A DNA stretch of 64,000 nucleotides from Candidatus Latescibacterota bacterium (lineage in GTDB: Bacteria > Latescibacterota > UBA2968 > GCA-2709665): NCBI GenBank assembly GCA_965248435.1, contig OZ252100.1, forward strand, positions 832,001 through 896,000, in the 5' to 3' direction. The translations under genes and the position numbers were made by a program. A model generated the notes under the pieces. It saw only the letters and a list, made by a program, of their open reading frames with translations. It was not told where the DNA came from and searched no databases. Within the stretch, counting starts at the first letter, position 1; the number at the start of each line of letters is the position of its first letter. Of the stretch, positions 1-10,402 are shown piece by piece.

Positions 1-729
1 CAGGGAAAAAGCACGGGGGTGACCTACCTTGATCAGGCTCCGCACGGCTCGTTTCACAATCCAGGCGGTGCGAGGATTGCTCCGATCCCAGGTGGAGACC
101 CAATTCAGCATCCAGACCGGATGGTCTTTCGAAATATCGTTGAGATGGTTGGCTACAGACTTTCGCACGGAAAGGCTCAGGTCTGCCTTCAGGTTTTCCA
201 GAATAGGTACTACAGGCGTCGGATCCGCAATCAACGCATCCAGCCTGGCGGACCAGGGCAGACGCGGCCGACAGCCCTCACTGGACAGACGCCGGACGTG
301 GTCGTTGCTGTCCCTGGACCATCTCTCCATCACTCGGAGCGTTCGTTTCGGATCACGCCTCAAGAACTCACGAACGGCCATCTCGGATGACGAAAAAGGC
401 GTGAAGTATTCCAGCGCGTCCAGAGAGAATTCGAAATCATCCAGGCCATAAAGACCGACGAACTCGGGACAGAACATGCCCGTAAACTCGCCATCGTAGA
501 AGGGCGCGACTTTGTAGAGAATCTGAACGGCCCGGCGGAAGTCGTCTGGAAGATATTTACGGGAAATCTGAGCCGTGCGCTGAAGGCGCTCTTTGAGGGA
601 CAACGTTTCCAGGCCGTCGACGGCGTCCCGGTAGAAACTATCGACATCAAAAGGTCGATGCGCTTTCCCGATCACATCCGCCAAACCTTCGTAAAAGCCT
701 GGATTGAACCAGTTTTTCAGGGCGTCCAT
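1..729 (-). CDS. alkC: DNA alkylation repair protein / 3-methyladenine DNA glycosylase, AlkC family (3' end runs off the window)
   Basis: Not in the ORF track. Manual translation from the ATG at 729 is open to position 1: MDALKNWFNPGFY...FTPFSSSEMAVREFL...WSRDSNDHVRRLSSEGCRPRLPW...SVRKSVANHLNDISKDHP. The VRRL.SEG.RPRLPW and VRKSVAN.LND motifs are typical of AlkC. Confidence 0.85.
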   Translation of the reverse strand, partial: MDALKNWFNPGFYEGLADVIGKAHRPFDVDSFYRDAVDGLETLSLKERLQRTAQISRKYLPDDFRRAVQILYKVAPFYDGEFTGMFCPEFVGLYGLDDFEFSLDALEYFTPFSSSEMAVREFLRRDPKRTLRVMERWSRDSNDHVRRLSSEGCRPRLPWSARLDALIADPTPVVPILENLKADLSLSVRKSVANHLNDISKDHPVWMLNWVSTWDRSNPRTAWIVKRAVRSLIKVGHPRAFSL

Positions 730-748
730 GGTCAAGAGGTGTGTGAAC

Positions 749-2389
749 TCAAGGAAGCGCTTCAGTCAACGGTCTGCCGACTGAACTACTGGGCGGCGGA
801 ATGTCGAGATAGGCACAGACGGTCGCGGCCACGTCCGAGGGCGCTACGCCGCGGTCGACGCGCCGGGCCCTGATCCCTGGCCCCGCAAAGAGGATCGGCA
901 CGTGCGTATCGTATGCGTAAGGGGAGCCGTGCATCGCGGAGACCGTCGATGTGGTCAGGACCCAGGACGGGGCCTGCACGAGGAAGATCTCACCCGACCT
1001 GTCTGGATGGATGCTTTTCCGGATCTTTTGCACGATCGAATCCGACTCCGCCCGAACCTCGCCGATCTCTCTGCCGGTGAGTGCGAGTGCAATACCAGGC
1101 TCCTCCCTCAGGATTCCTGCAGCAGCCTGCGCGACCTCGGACGCGTCCAGGCCGAGCGCTTTGATCACCCGCCGATTCAGGTAGACGCTCGGATTGTAAA
1201 AAACCTGGATCAGATTCTCTGAGCAGTTGTAGCGGGACCGCAGCGACGCGTTCGCGCGTTCGATCATCCCTTCATCGTCCACGCGGCCCGCGGGAATGTT
1301 CCGGGCAAGTCTCGCCTCTGGGATTTCGTCCACGCCATGGTCTGAAGAAAGCACGATCAACGTCTGTTCAAGACCTACTTTCTCATCGACATATCTGAAG
1401 AGTTCAGATATCGTCTCGTCCAGGCGAATCAAATTGTCTTCTGCCTCGCGGCTGTTCGGACCGAAGATGTGCCCGATCCAATCCGTCGCCGAGAAGCTGA
1501 TCGACAGCATGTCGACCTGTCCCCTCTGACCCAGCTGCTCCTGTTCGATGGCGGTTTTGGCAAACTCTGCTACCATCCGATCAATGAACGGCGTATAGCG
1601 CAACTGATTGAAGAGGACTGAATCCTGGTCGCTAAGGGTGTGAGGAAAGGTATTGCGGATATCAAGAACGGACCGTTCCGCCATACGGTCATCCGTGTGA
1701 GCATATACGTCTTCGTCCTGACTCAAACTCCACACCTGACCCCCGTATGTCCCCGCACCCTGACTCCGGTTCCAGTCGTCGACCCACGTCGGCACCAGTT
1801 CATAGTAATAGGTACTGGTTACAAACCTCCCGGTCCTGCGCGAATACCAGAAGGCCGCCCCCTTGTGTCCAGCCGGGATGATCGCACCTCTATCCTTGGC
1901 CGAAATGCTGAAGACCTTCGCCTGCCCGTTCGTGGCCAGGAACAGCTGGTCTCCGACCGTGTTTGACTCCAGGTTCCTCGGCGATGTACCTGCGTGCGAA
2001 TTCGTCTCTTCGCCGATCAGGCGGTGCCGGTCATCTTCAACGCAGTAGACTCGCCTTCCGGCCTCCGAATCGTACCAGTCGTTTCCGGGGATGCCGTGCT
2101 GTGCTGTGTGTCCGCCCGTGAAGAGGGTCGCGTGCCCCGGAGCCGTGAGCGTGTTGGAATGCTTGTAATGTGCGTTGGTATAATAGACACCCCGATCCAT
2201 CAGGAATCGAAATCCATCCTGGCCGAACCGATCCTGAAAGCGGAGGAGCATGTCGCCCCGCAGCTGATCGACCGTGATCAACAGCGCGAGCTTGATATTA
2301 AGCGCTCGCGGAGTCGATTGGGTCTTCTCTGATTCACAGCTTAGGAGCGTGAGTGCGGCGGTGAGTGCCCAAACCAATTTCTTTCGCAT
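749..2389 (-). CDS. Alkaline phosphatase superfamily lipoprotein (PafA/PhoK-like phosphomonoesterase)
   Basis: Lipobox LLSC; metal motifs ITVDQLRGD, SFSATDWIGH, SSDHG and MHGSPYAYDTHVP; Thr nucleophile in TLTAPGHATL. Confidence 0.88.
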   Translation of the reverse strand: MRKKLVWALTAALTLLSCESEKTQSTPRALNIKLALLITVDQLRGDMLLRFQDRFGQDGFRFLMDRGVYYTNAHYKHSNTLTAPGHATLFTGGHTAQHGIPGNDWYDSEAGRRVYCVEDDRHRLIGEETNSHAGTSPRNLESNTVGDQLFLATNGQAKVFSISAKDRGAIIPAGHKGAAFWYSRRTGRFVTSTYYYELVPTWVDDWNRSQGAGTYGGQVWSLSQDEDVYAHTDDRMAERSVLDIRNTFPHTLSDQDSVLFNQLRYTPFIDRMVAEFAKTAIEQEQLGQRGQVDMLSISFSATDWIGHIFGPNSREAEDNLIRLDETISELFRYVDEKVGLEQTLIVLSSDHGVDEIPEARLARNIPAGRVDDEGMIERANASLRSRYNCSENLIQVFYNPSVYLNRRVIKALGLDASEVAQAAAGILREEPGIALALTGREIGEVRAESDSIVQKIRKSIHPDRSGEIFLVQAPSWVLTTSTVSAMHGSPYAYDTHVPILFAGPGIRARRVDRGVAPSDVAATVCAYLDIPPPSSSVGRPLTEALP

Positions 2390-2448
2390 GCGGTCGCTCT
2401 ATCCCAGCGGTCGATCAAAATGAGGAATCATTCACCTGAACACTAGCC

Positions 2449-2520
2449 GTAGGGGCAGGCCCCCGTGCCTGCCCGCATTCTCGCAAAACAAAAAGGGCAA
2501 CCACGGAGGGTTGCTCCTAC
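2449..2520. repeat. Inverted pair of GTAG-type REP palindromes (REPIN-like doublet)
   Basis: GTAGGGGCAGGCCCCCGTGCCTGCCC (2449-2474, +) and GGGCAACCACGGAGGGTTGCTCCTAC (2495-2520, GTAG on the - strand), separated by a 20 nt spacer. Confidence 0.75.
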
Positions 2521-2601
2521 GGCGAAAGGTTCCCTTCGCAATGGCGTAACCTATCCGCTGGCCCCAAATCGTCCTCTCTGGTCGAGATCCGTCTGGTTCG
2601 G

Positions 2602-3348
2602 CTATCTATACAAAGGATTCGGATGATCGAACCTGCAGCCGGCTTCCCAGGCTGACCGTTGATTCCCGTGCGCCGGAATGCCGCCCGCATCTTCGATCAT
2701 TCTTGCCATGTGCATCAGGTTCCACGTCATGAACGTGGTATTGCGATTCGTAAAGTCATTCTCCGGCCCCCCTGATCCCGGATCTAAATAGGAGGGTCCG
2801 GGTCCGACGGAACCAAGCCATCCGGAATCCGCTTGTGGTGGAATCACGTAGCCTAAATGTGACAGCGAATACAGAATGATCATAGAACAGTGCTTTGCAC
2901 CGTCCTCGTTCCCGGTGATCAGACAGCCCCCCACGCGCCCGTAGTAAGCGTACTGGCCGTGTTCGTTCAAGTCACCAGAAGTCGAATACAGCCGCTCGAT
3001 CACCTTTGTGCACACAGAGGTCTTCTCCCCCAGCCAGATCGACGACGTCAGCACCAGAATGTGCGCTGCCTTCACTTTCTCATAGATCATGGGCCAGTCG
3101 TCGTGGTCCCACCCTTGTTCAGTCATGTCCGGATAGACGCCGGTCGCGATGTCGTAGTCGATCGGTCTCAGGACCTCGACGCTCACACCGTTCTTCTCCA
3201 TAATGGCCTTCGAGATGTCGATCAGGCCCTGGGTGTGGGACATTTCGGGTGATCTCTTCATCGTACAGTTCAGAAACAGTGCGCTCAGATCGGAAAAGTC
3301 CCAACGGCTCGTGGAGCACATCTCAAGCTGTTTTTCGCTCAGGTCCAT
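2602..3348 (-). CDS. Flavodoxin-like NAD(P)H-dependent FMN reductase family protein
   Basis: FLNCTMKRSPEMSHT phosphate-binding loop, ILVLTSSIWLG, VGGCLITGNEDG; RBS AGGAGGAG upstream. Confidence 0.8.
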   Translation of the reverse strand: MDLSEKQLEMCSTSRWDFSDLSALFLNCTMKRSPEMSHTQGLIDISKAIMEKNGVSVEVLRPIDYDIATGVYPDMTEQGWDHDDWPMIYEKVKAAHILVLTSSIWLGEKTSVCTKVIERLYSTSGDLNEHGQYAYYGRVGGCLITGNEDGAKHCSMIILYSLSHLGYVIPPQADSGWLGSVGPGPSYLDPGSGGPENDFTNRNTTFMTWNLMHMARMIEDAGGIPAHGNQRSAWEAGCRFDHPNPLYR

Positions 3349-3742
3349 TCGCTCCTCCTGTCTTATTACCGTGGTTCGTCGCTCGTCTCAGGTCGCGTCC
3401 TGTGGGACACGACCGACTCGTCGTTCGCAAACCAAATCTCACCGTTGTAAGTATACCTTTGTTCTACGAATTTTTGCGACGCATTGTCTTTTCAGCGGCC
3501 AAGATTGTTATCCCGAGGAGCCTCAACGGCTTCCGTAAAAGTTCAGAGCGACCAGGTGACGAGGGATCTCAAGAGCGAGCCAGTCACTAAATCGTATCTT
3601 GAAGGAACGGCTGATGCATTGCCTGCTGAGATTCCTCGCCGACGCTCGGAATGGCAGAAAGGGGTTCCAAAATCACAGGTCTTGCGGTACCCGGTACCCG
3701 TGTTTTGGTTTCCCGGTACCCGGTCTTAAATCCGCAATCGAT

Positions 3743-5773
3743 TCACGATCCCCCGTCTTCCTCCAACGCCTTTCTGAGCACCTGGGCAACGTTGTGCAGC
3801 CTTAAGGGCTTCTCCATAAATGCGGTGATCTCTCCGGAGGGAAGCAGAGCCTCAGGCGCGGATGCTTGATAGCCTGTCATCATGACGATCGGAACTTCCT
3901 GATCCCGTCCTTTCAAAGCGGCCACCAACTCAACGCCCCCCATCTTTGGCATCACAACGTCGGTCAACACCAGGGCAACTTCATCTGCATTACGATCGAA
4001 GACTTCCAATGCCTCACGTCCGTCAGATGCAGTGATCACGCGATAATTCAAACGCTCCAGCATGTCTCTCGTCACTTCCAACACGTGCTCCTGATCTTCC
4101 ACGACCAATATCGTTTCTCCACCACCCCCTGGAATTCCAGTATCGGCCCGCTCCACGGGCGCTGCTTCCTCTTTCACCGGCTTCAGGAAGACGCTGAAAT
4201 CGGTTCCCTTCCCCACCTCACTATGCGCGTCTATATATCCGCCGTGCTGTTTGACGATGCCATAAACCTGTGACAACCCGAGACCGGTGCCCCCAATCGC
4301 TTCCTTTGTCGTAAAGAATGGCTCGAAGATTTTCTCCATAACGTCTGGTGCAATCCCTTCACCCGTATCGGAAACCGTCCACACGATCCATTCCCCAGGT
4401 TCGATTTCCGGCACGATTGGGGAACTCGAGGACCGGATGGAGCGTCTTTCATCTGGATCGATCGAGATCCTGGAGAGCCCAACCCGCATCTCCCCACCCG
4501 TCGGCATGGCATCTCTCGCGTTGACGGCGAGATTGGCGATCACTTCCTGGAGTTGAGTCAGGTTTGCGTGGACCACATACTCGCCGTCTTCGAATCCAGT
4601 CGAGAGCCGAATGTTTTCTGGAAGGGTTCTCTCCAAGAGCTTGACGTCTTCTTTCAGAAACGACACGAGGTCCACGGGCTGCCGCTGTACCCCCGTTTGA
4701 CGACTGAAGTCCAGGATCTGCCGGATGAGCTGCTCTGCACGCTGTCCCTGGAAAATGATCCTCTTCAAATTCTCTTTCGCATCCTCCGAGATATCCTCCC
4801 GCATGCCCAGAACCTCGGCGGATCCGGTCATCACCGTGAGCATGTTGTTAAAATCGTGTGCGATCCCCACGGCGAGCTTGCCCACGGTAGCCAACCTGTC
4901 CTGCAGTTGAGCTCGAACCCGGTCCTCGTCCTGCTCGGTCACATCACGTATCAAGAGCACGCGCTTGCCGCCGCTTCTCCCTCTCTTGATGGGATTCAAC
5001 TCGACCTCGAAAATCCGGTTGGGCGGTCCTTCTACGACCACTCTTGTGGGCGACTTTTCCGGGGTATCTTTCGCCAGCTCCTGGATCGGGACCTCCCCGA
5101 GTTGCGAGATCGGCTCGCCTTCAGCTGCCTCAGTCAAACCCGGCAGAACCTGCCGCGCGGCCGGGTTAGCCAAAAGCAGGTGCCATTTGTCGTCCAACAG
5201 GCATACACCGACCGGCAGGTGCTCAATCAGCCGATTCAATCGTTCTTCGCTGTCAATGACAAGCGATTCGGCCTGTTTCAACTCGGCGTAGATCTGGGCG
5301 TTGTTGATGCTGATCGCCGCCAGGTCAGAAAGCGTCGTAAACAGTTCCAGGTCTTTGTCGCCAAACAGGCCGCCATCCTTCTTGTTGAGGACCTCCAGCA
5401 CACCGATGATTTCCCCTTTGACCCTTAAAGGAACGGCCAGCATCGATCTGGTCTTGAATCCTGTGAGTTCGTCCACGCCCTTGAAGAAGGTCGCATCCTT
5501 GTCTACATCCGAGACGATCTTCGGAATTCCTGTCTCAAACACCAACCCGGCGATGCCTTCTCCTTTCGGGAACCGTTTGCTCTGCGCGACCTTCCCTTTC
5601 GGTCCCGTCGCGACTTCGATGACCAATTCATCCGATTCAGGGTCCAGCAGAATGACCGACCCGGCCTCGGCGCGCATGACCCCTGTCGAGGACTCTAAAG
5701 TCAGGCGGAGCACCTCGTTCAGGTCCAGAGACGAGTTGATCAGCCATGCAACATCGGAGAGGACCATACTCAC
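3743..5773 (-). CDS. Cytoplasmic hybrid sensor histidine kinase (GAF-PAS-HisKA-HATPase-REC), copy 1
   Basis: GAF ([28 protein letters not shown]), H-box [11 protein letters not shown]-box [25 protein letters not shown]-terminal receiver (VVEDQ, LTDVVMP, MEKP); no TM segment seen. Confidence 0.93.
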   Translation of the reverse strand: MSMVLSDVAWLINSSLDLNEVLRLTLESSTGVMRAEAGSVILLDPESDELVIEVATGPKGKVAQSKRFPKGEGIAGLVFETGIPKIVSDVDKDATFFKGVDELTGFKTRSMLAVPLRVKGEIIGVLEVLNKKDGGLFGDKDLELFTTLSDLAAISINNAQIYAELKQAESLVIDSEERLNRLIEHLPVGVCLLDDKWHLLLANPAARQVLPGLTEAAEGEPISQLGEVPIQELAKDTPEKSPTRVVVEGPPNRIFEVELNPIKRGRSGGKRVLLIRDVTEQDEDRVRAQLQDRLATVGKLAVGIAHDFNNMLTVMTGSAEVLGMREDISEDAKENLKRIIFQGQRAEQLIRQILDFSRQTGVQRQPVDLVSFLKEDVKLLERTLPENIRLSTGFEDGEYVVHANLTQLQEVIANLAVNARDAMPTGGEMRVGLSRISIDPDERRSIRSSSSPIVPEIEPGEWIVWTVSDTGEGIAPDVMEKIFEPFFTTKEAIGGTGLGLSQVYGIVKQHGGYIDAHSEVGKGTDFSVFLKPVKEEAAPVERADTGIPGGGGETILVVEDQEHVLEVTRDMLERLNYRVITASDGREALEVFDRNADEVALVLTDVVMPKMGGVELVAALKGRDQEVPIVMMTGYQASAPEALLPSGEITAFMEKPLRLHNVAQVLRKALEEDGGS

Positions 5774-5989
5774 AGCGATTCCCCTAGAAATCTAGAAAGC
5801 TGTCCCAAGCGGGATGCGCTAAGTATCACGTCAATAGGGCTCCGGATAATCGCCTCCCAAGCCTCTTTTTACGGACTTCCAAACAAGCGAATTTCGCACG
5901 TTTCGTCAACAAAAAGAAGGGCTCGAGTCTATTGTGCTTGACCTTGTCATCTGCATTGGCGACTTTCTACTTTGCAAACCGGAGGCCCA

Positions 5990-6349
5990 ATGGCAAAGAT
6001 AGTGCTCCTGGAAGACAACGATACGGTGCGGAACTTAATCGTCTGGGTGTTGCAGCGAGAGGGCCACGAAGTGAGTGCTTTTCCAGATGCTGCGCCAGCC
6101 CTCGAAGACGCTGGTTTGGCCGATAATGATCTCGCCATTGTTGACCTGATGATGCCCACAAGTGGAGACGCGTTTATCCAACATATTAGAGGAATGGGTT
6201 TACAGACCCCTGTAATCGTCCTGAGCGGCGAGCTTCGGGAAGGGGACGAGGCTCGCTTGAAGGCCATCGGGGCGCAGCAGGTAATGAAAAAACCCTTTCT
6301 GCCGACAGCCCTGCTCGGCGTCGTTAAACATCTGCTCTCTACAGACTGA
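5990..6349 (+). CDS. Single-domain response regulator (receiver only)
   Basis: RBS GGAGG at 5981-5985 before ATG 5990; LLEDND, IVDLMMP, VLSG and KKPF receiver motifs. Confidence 0.88.
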   Translation: MAKIVLLEDNDTVRNLIVWVLQREGHEVSAFPDAAPALEDAGLADNDLAIVDLMMPTSGDAFIQHIRGMGLQTPVIVLSGELREGDEARLKAIGAQQVMKKPFLPTALLGVVKHLLSTD

Positions 6350-6422
6350 TCGCGAAGTTTTTATTTGAATATACGGAAACGGGGATCCTGCGTGGATTTA
6401 GGTATGACACGAACAAGCCAAT

Positions 6423-6456
6423 AAGGGCTTACACGCTTTTGCGTAAGCCCTTTCTT
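6423..6456. terminator. Hairpin between convergent genes, likely intrinsic terminator
   Basis: AAGGGCTTAC-N10-GTAAGCCCTT followed by TCTT. Confidence 0.55.
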
Positions 6457-6719
6457 AGCTTCTTATTGATATGATGGACCAAGACGAATACGTTGGGAGT
6501 GTTCTAAGAAGCGATGCTGCGATACCTTCTAGGGGGCATGCCCTCAAGTCTTCGAACTGAGCGCAAGCTCGACCGTGTAAAGCACTATCGGCTCATCATC
6601 TGGGGATGTGAGGTTGCGACATCTATGTGCTCTTCGTAAGATTGCCCTCGAATTCTATCACATACCAGCTCGTGTATGTCTGCAATTATAACTCTCATCG
6701 GGGCAACAATCGGCTACGC

Positions 6720-8738
6720 TTATTTCGTATCCCTGAGCGCTCTGCTCACTACCTGTGCTACCTGATGAAGCATCAGAGGTTTCTTCATCAAAGATGCGAT
6801 CTCTACGGACGAGGAACCCTCTTCGGTTTCACCCGGCTGATAGCCCGTCATGAGAATAATTGGAATGTCAGGCTTTCGCGCTTTTACCATTGTCGCCAGT
6901 TCCATACCTCCCATTCTCGGCATCACAACATCTGTCAAAACAACATCCACTTCGTCAGCAGCCTCGTCGAAAATCTCGAGGGCGCTGCGCCCGTCGGATG
7001 CTACGAGTACCCGATAGTTCAGCCGGAGTAGCATATCTCTTGTTACTTCCAATACGTGTTCCTGGTCCTCTACCAACAATATCGTTTGTCCAAACCCTTC
7101 AGGCATCCCTATTTCCCCCAGCTCTACGGGGGCCGCTTCCTGCTCGCTTTGTCCTATATAGATTTTGAACTTTGTGCCTTTCCCCACTTCGCTTTCTACG
7201 TCTATATACCCGTCGTGCTGCTTGACGATGCCATAGACCTGCGACAGGCCAAGACCTGTACCCCCAAACGCCTCTCTTGTTGTGAAGAACGGCTGAAAGA
7301 TCTTCGTCATCACTTCTGGCGACATTCCCTTTCCCGTATCTGAAACCGACAACACGACCCAATCTCCGGGTTCAATTTCAGGTACGATGGGAGAACTTGA
7401 AGACAGAATCGATAGTCTTTCACCAGGCTCTATGTGGACTTTTGAAAGAGAGATGCAAACCTCCCCACCTGTCGGCATAGCATCTCTGGCGTTCACAACG
7501 AGGTTTGTGATTACTTCCTGAAGCTGTGGCAGATTCGCATTGATGATACATTCGCCATCCTTAAACTCAGTTGTAATCCGAACGGTCTCTGGTAATGTTT
7601 GCTGTAGAAGCTTCGAGGCTTCCTTCAAAAAGGCAACCAGGTCGACAGGCTGCCGCTTCACACTTGTTTGACGGCTGAAATCTAATATCTGTCGGATGAG
7701 TTGTGCTGCACGTTCTCCCTGGGAAATTATTCTCTTCAGGTCTTTTTTCGCCTCCTGTGACGTGTCCGGGCGCATTGACAGAACTTCGGCGAATCCGATC
7801 ATAACAGTCAGTATATTGTTAAAATCGTGTGATATCCCCGACGCAAGTTTGCCCACAGCTGCCAGCCTGTCCTGCAGCTGCGCCCGTATTCGAACCTGAT
7901 TCTCCTCCGTCACATCGCGTATTATGATCACGTACTTACCACTGCTTCTTCCCTTCCTAATCTTGCTCATCCCCACTTCGAAGATCTGAGGTTGGGGGCC
8001 TTCCACTACCACCTCGGTGGGTAATCCCTCTGCCTTTGCCAGCTCTTCCATAGGGAGCGTCCCCAGATGAGAGATCGCCTCACCTTCATCTGCGTCAGTT
8101 AAGGCTGGCAGATACTGCTGACCAACCGGGTTGGCCAATAGCAGTTGCCACTTCTCATCCAACAAGCATACGCCTAGTGGAAGATGCTCGATAAGCCGAT
8201 CCAATCGTTCCTCACTATCCAGAAACGAATCTTCAGTTTTTTTAAGCTCCGTGTGGATTCGTGCGTTATTGATGCTAATGGCCGCCAGATCTGCAAGCGT
8301 CGTAAACAGTTTCAGATCATCCTCGTCGAATAAACCCCCATTCATCTTATTGAGTACTTCTACTACACCAATGACCTCGTCTTTTACTCGCAAGGGAACA
8401 GCCAAGATCGATCTCGTCCTAAATCCGGTGGTTTCATCAATCCCCTTAAAGAAGTGTTTGTCCTCTTCTACATCTGAAAGAATCCTTGGCTTTCCTGTCT
8501 TTACCACCCAGCCCGCAATACCCTGTCCCTTTGGGAATCGTTTGCCTTGTGCCTCTCCCCCCTTGGCTCCCGATGCAATCTCGATGACCAATTCATCTGA
8601 TTCATCATCGAGAAGTATAACCGACCCGGCCTCTGCCCTCATCACCTCAGTTGCAGATTCTAAAGTAAAGCCAAGAACCTCCTCTAAATTCAGAGAGGAG
8701 TTAATCAACCGGATCACATCGGTAATGATTGTATCCAT
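6720..8738 (-). CDS. Cytoplasmic hybrid sensor histidine kinase (GAF-PAS-HisKA-HATPase-REC), copy 2
   Basis: Same architecture as 3743..5773 and colinear with it; H-box GISHDFNNIL, NARDAM, GTGLGL, receiver LTDVVMP. Confidence 0.93.
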   Translation of the reverse strand: MDTIITDVIRLINSSLNLEEVLGFTLESATEVMRAEAGSVILLDDESDELVIEIASGAKGGEAQGKRFPKGQGIAGWVVKTGKPRILSDVEEDKHFFKGIDETTGFRTRSILAVPLRVKDEVIGVVEVLNKMNGGLFDEDDLKLFTTLADLAAISINNARIHTELKKTEDSFLDSEERLDRLIEHLPLGVCLLDEKWQLLLANPVGQQYLPALTDADEGEAISHLGTLPMEELAKAEGLPTEVVVEGPQPQIFEVGMSKIRKGRSSGKYVIIIRDVTEENQVRIRAQLQDRLAAVGKLASGISHDFNNILTVMIGFAEVLSMRPDTSQEAKKDLKRIISQGERAAQLIRQILDFSRQTSVKRQPVDLVAFLKEASKLLQQTLPETVRITTEFKDGECIINANLPQLQEVITNLVVNARDAMPTGGEVCISLSKVHIEPGERLSILSSSSPIVPEIEPGDWVVLSVSDTGKGMSPEVMTKIFQPFFTTREAFGGTGLGLSQVYGIVKQHDGYIDVESEVGKGTKFKIYIGQSEQEAAPVELGEIGMPEGFGQTILLVEDQEHVLEVTRDMLLRLNYRVLVASDGRSALEIFDEAADEVDVVLTDVVMPRMGGMELATMVKARKPDIPIILMTGYQPGETEEGSSSVEIASLMKKPLMLHQVAQVVSRALRDTK

Positions 8739-9081
8739 AGTTATTTCCTTGTGTCCCTTACTATAACCTCCCCTGGAATTCCGTCTCGTGTCGTGATGCG
8801 AATCACGTCAGATTGAAATATATTCAACGTAATCCGCGATATGAAAGCTCTTTTCAAGAATGTTCACTTTCCTGCGCTTTAGTGCGGCTAACTGAACAAT
8901 TCTCTCCACTTTTTGTGTTGAAAGTCACACTTGACGAGCAATAGATGTGACTTCTGCCCACTATAACAAAATGGCCGTGAACACCTTCTTCACGACCATT
9001 CTTTCTTCGCTGCAAGAAATCCTTCAGGCTCCGATCCTCGTCAGGAACTCAGGGTCCGGGGCGTTTCGTTTCGATCTCACA

Positions 9082-9918
9082 CTACCACAGGCGCGCGATG
9101 CCGATGGTGATGGTGGAAAGCTGTGAAGTCGTGCGTCCGCTCACAGTCCATCGCCCATCGGCATGGACCTGCCAGTTGGGTGAAAACAGCACAGACACTC
9201 CCGGTCCTGCATTGATGTACCCTTGTTCAGAGACCTGGTGCATCATTGTAGAGGATCCAGTGCCGGAATTAGACGTGCTCTCCACCAGATCAAGACGCCC
9301 TCGCAGCAACAGCTTCGAGTTGACTGAGACGCCGCCCCCCAAATGCCCATACTATTCATTCTCGGGTGTTCCGCCGCGAACTTTGATCCCGAAATTCGCA
9401 GTAAGGTACGCAGGTGCCGGGTGCAAAGAGAGACCCAGCGCAGCCTCAGCGAGCAGATCGGTACTACCCGATCCCAGGGGCGGTTCCGCTTCTGAATCAT
9501 AACCCAAAGGCAACTTCAGACCGATCTGAGGCGACACGACCAGTGCTCCCGTTTGTGATACAGTATAGCGAAGCAGAAGCGTGAGGTCGGCAAGCCCACT
9601 GGTGCTGTGCGTTGAGGCTAAAGCCTCAACATCTATGGCCTTGCCGAACGTGGACCCCACCAGTGTGGCTTTATCGCTGAGCCCATACTCAAAGTAGAGA
9701 TACCCCGCATTTTCGCTGTAGTCCTCCGGCATCTGAAGCAAGCCGAGCGGCTCCGTGTTTCCGTCGGCATCATACCCCTTTGTGGCCGTCGAACGACCAA
9801 AGCTGAACTGCGCGTATCCCTTCCCTTTGCCGCGCGGCCACTGGGCGTTGGCGTCCAACACAGCGACGGCCAAGAGAAAGAACAGAAGTCCATTCGTCAA
9901 AAGGCGTTGCATGCGCAC
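9082..9918 (-). pseudogene. Putative outer-membrane beta-barrel protein interrupted by one in-frame TAG (9352-9354)
   Basis: ORFs 9352..9918 and 9082..9342 are in the same frame (...GAG AAT GAA TAG TAT GGG CAT TTG GGG...). Signal peptide ending ANA-Q, alternating beta-strand pattern, terminal aromatic residue (IGIARLW). Confidence 0.7.
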
Positions 9919-10105
9919 CCTCCAGAAATTCCCGGCTTCCTAAGCTATCGCTAGCTTCTACAACGCTCCAGTCCGCACCCGGTTCCGGCCTTCCAGAAGT
10001 CTGATTTGGTGATCCAATCTAGCATAGACCCGCGCAAAAGCTGTGTCCGTAATCACAGATTATGTGGCTGTGGCAGCGCCCCAGATTTCGAAGTTTGGAA
10101 TACAT

Positions 10106-10147
10106 AGAAAACAGGGCCGTGGGGGAAAATCACGGCCCTGTTTTCTT
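10106..10147. terminator. Strong hairpin, probable intrinsic terminator
   Basis: AGAAAACAGGGCCGTG-N9-CACGGCCCTGTTTTCT, a 16 bp stem with T runs on both strands. Confidence 0.65.
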
Positions 10148-10402
10148 GTCTTTATCTGGAGGAGGGGCAGCAATTACATCATCTTCATTTCGTTGGGGAT
10201 GACTCCTCAAATGGAAAGCGCAAGAAGGGCAAATTCAGAATCCCTGGAGGACCTCGTTTACTCTCGCCTTCGCTCAAAACAGGAGCGATCCCCGCAGGCG
10301 GCGCTGTCCAGTAGGTATTCCCCAAGAGAAATGATACAATATGTTAATTTACAGGCAGTTCCATTTACGATCAATCCTTAAATCTGACGGAAAAGTCGAA
10401 TT

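Noticed and set aside
6423-6480. Integrative-element attachment site suggested by the AAGGGCTTAC...GTAAGCCCTT hairpin
   Set aside because: No tRNA fragment, integrase or matching direct repeat found in the window; treated as a terminator.
9352-9354. Genome-wide TAG reassignment
   Set aside because: TAG ends other genes at their natural C-termini (2602, 16270, 45573), so it functions as a stop.
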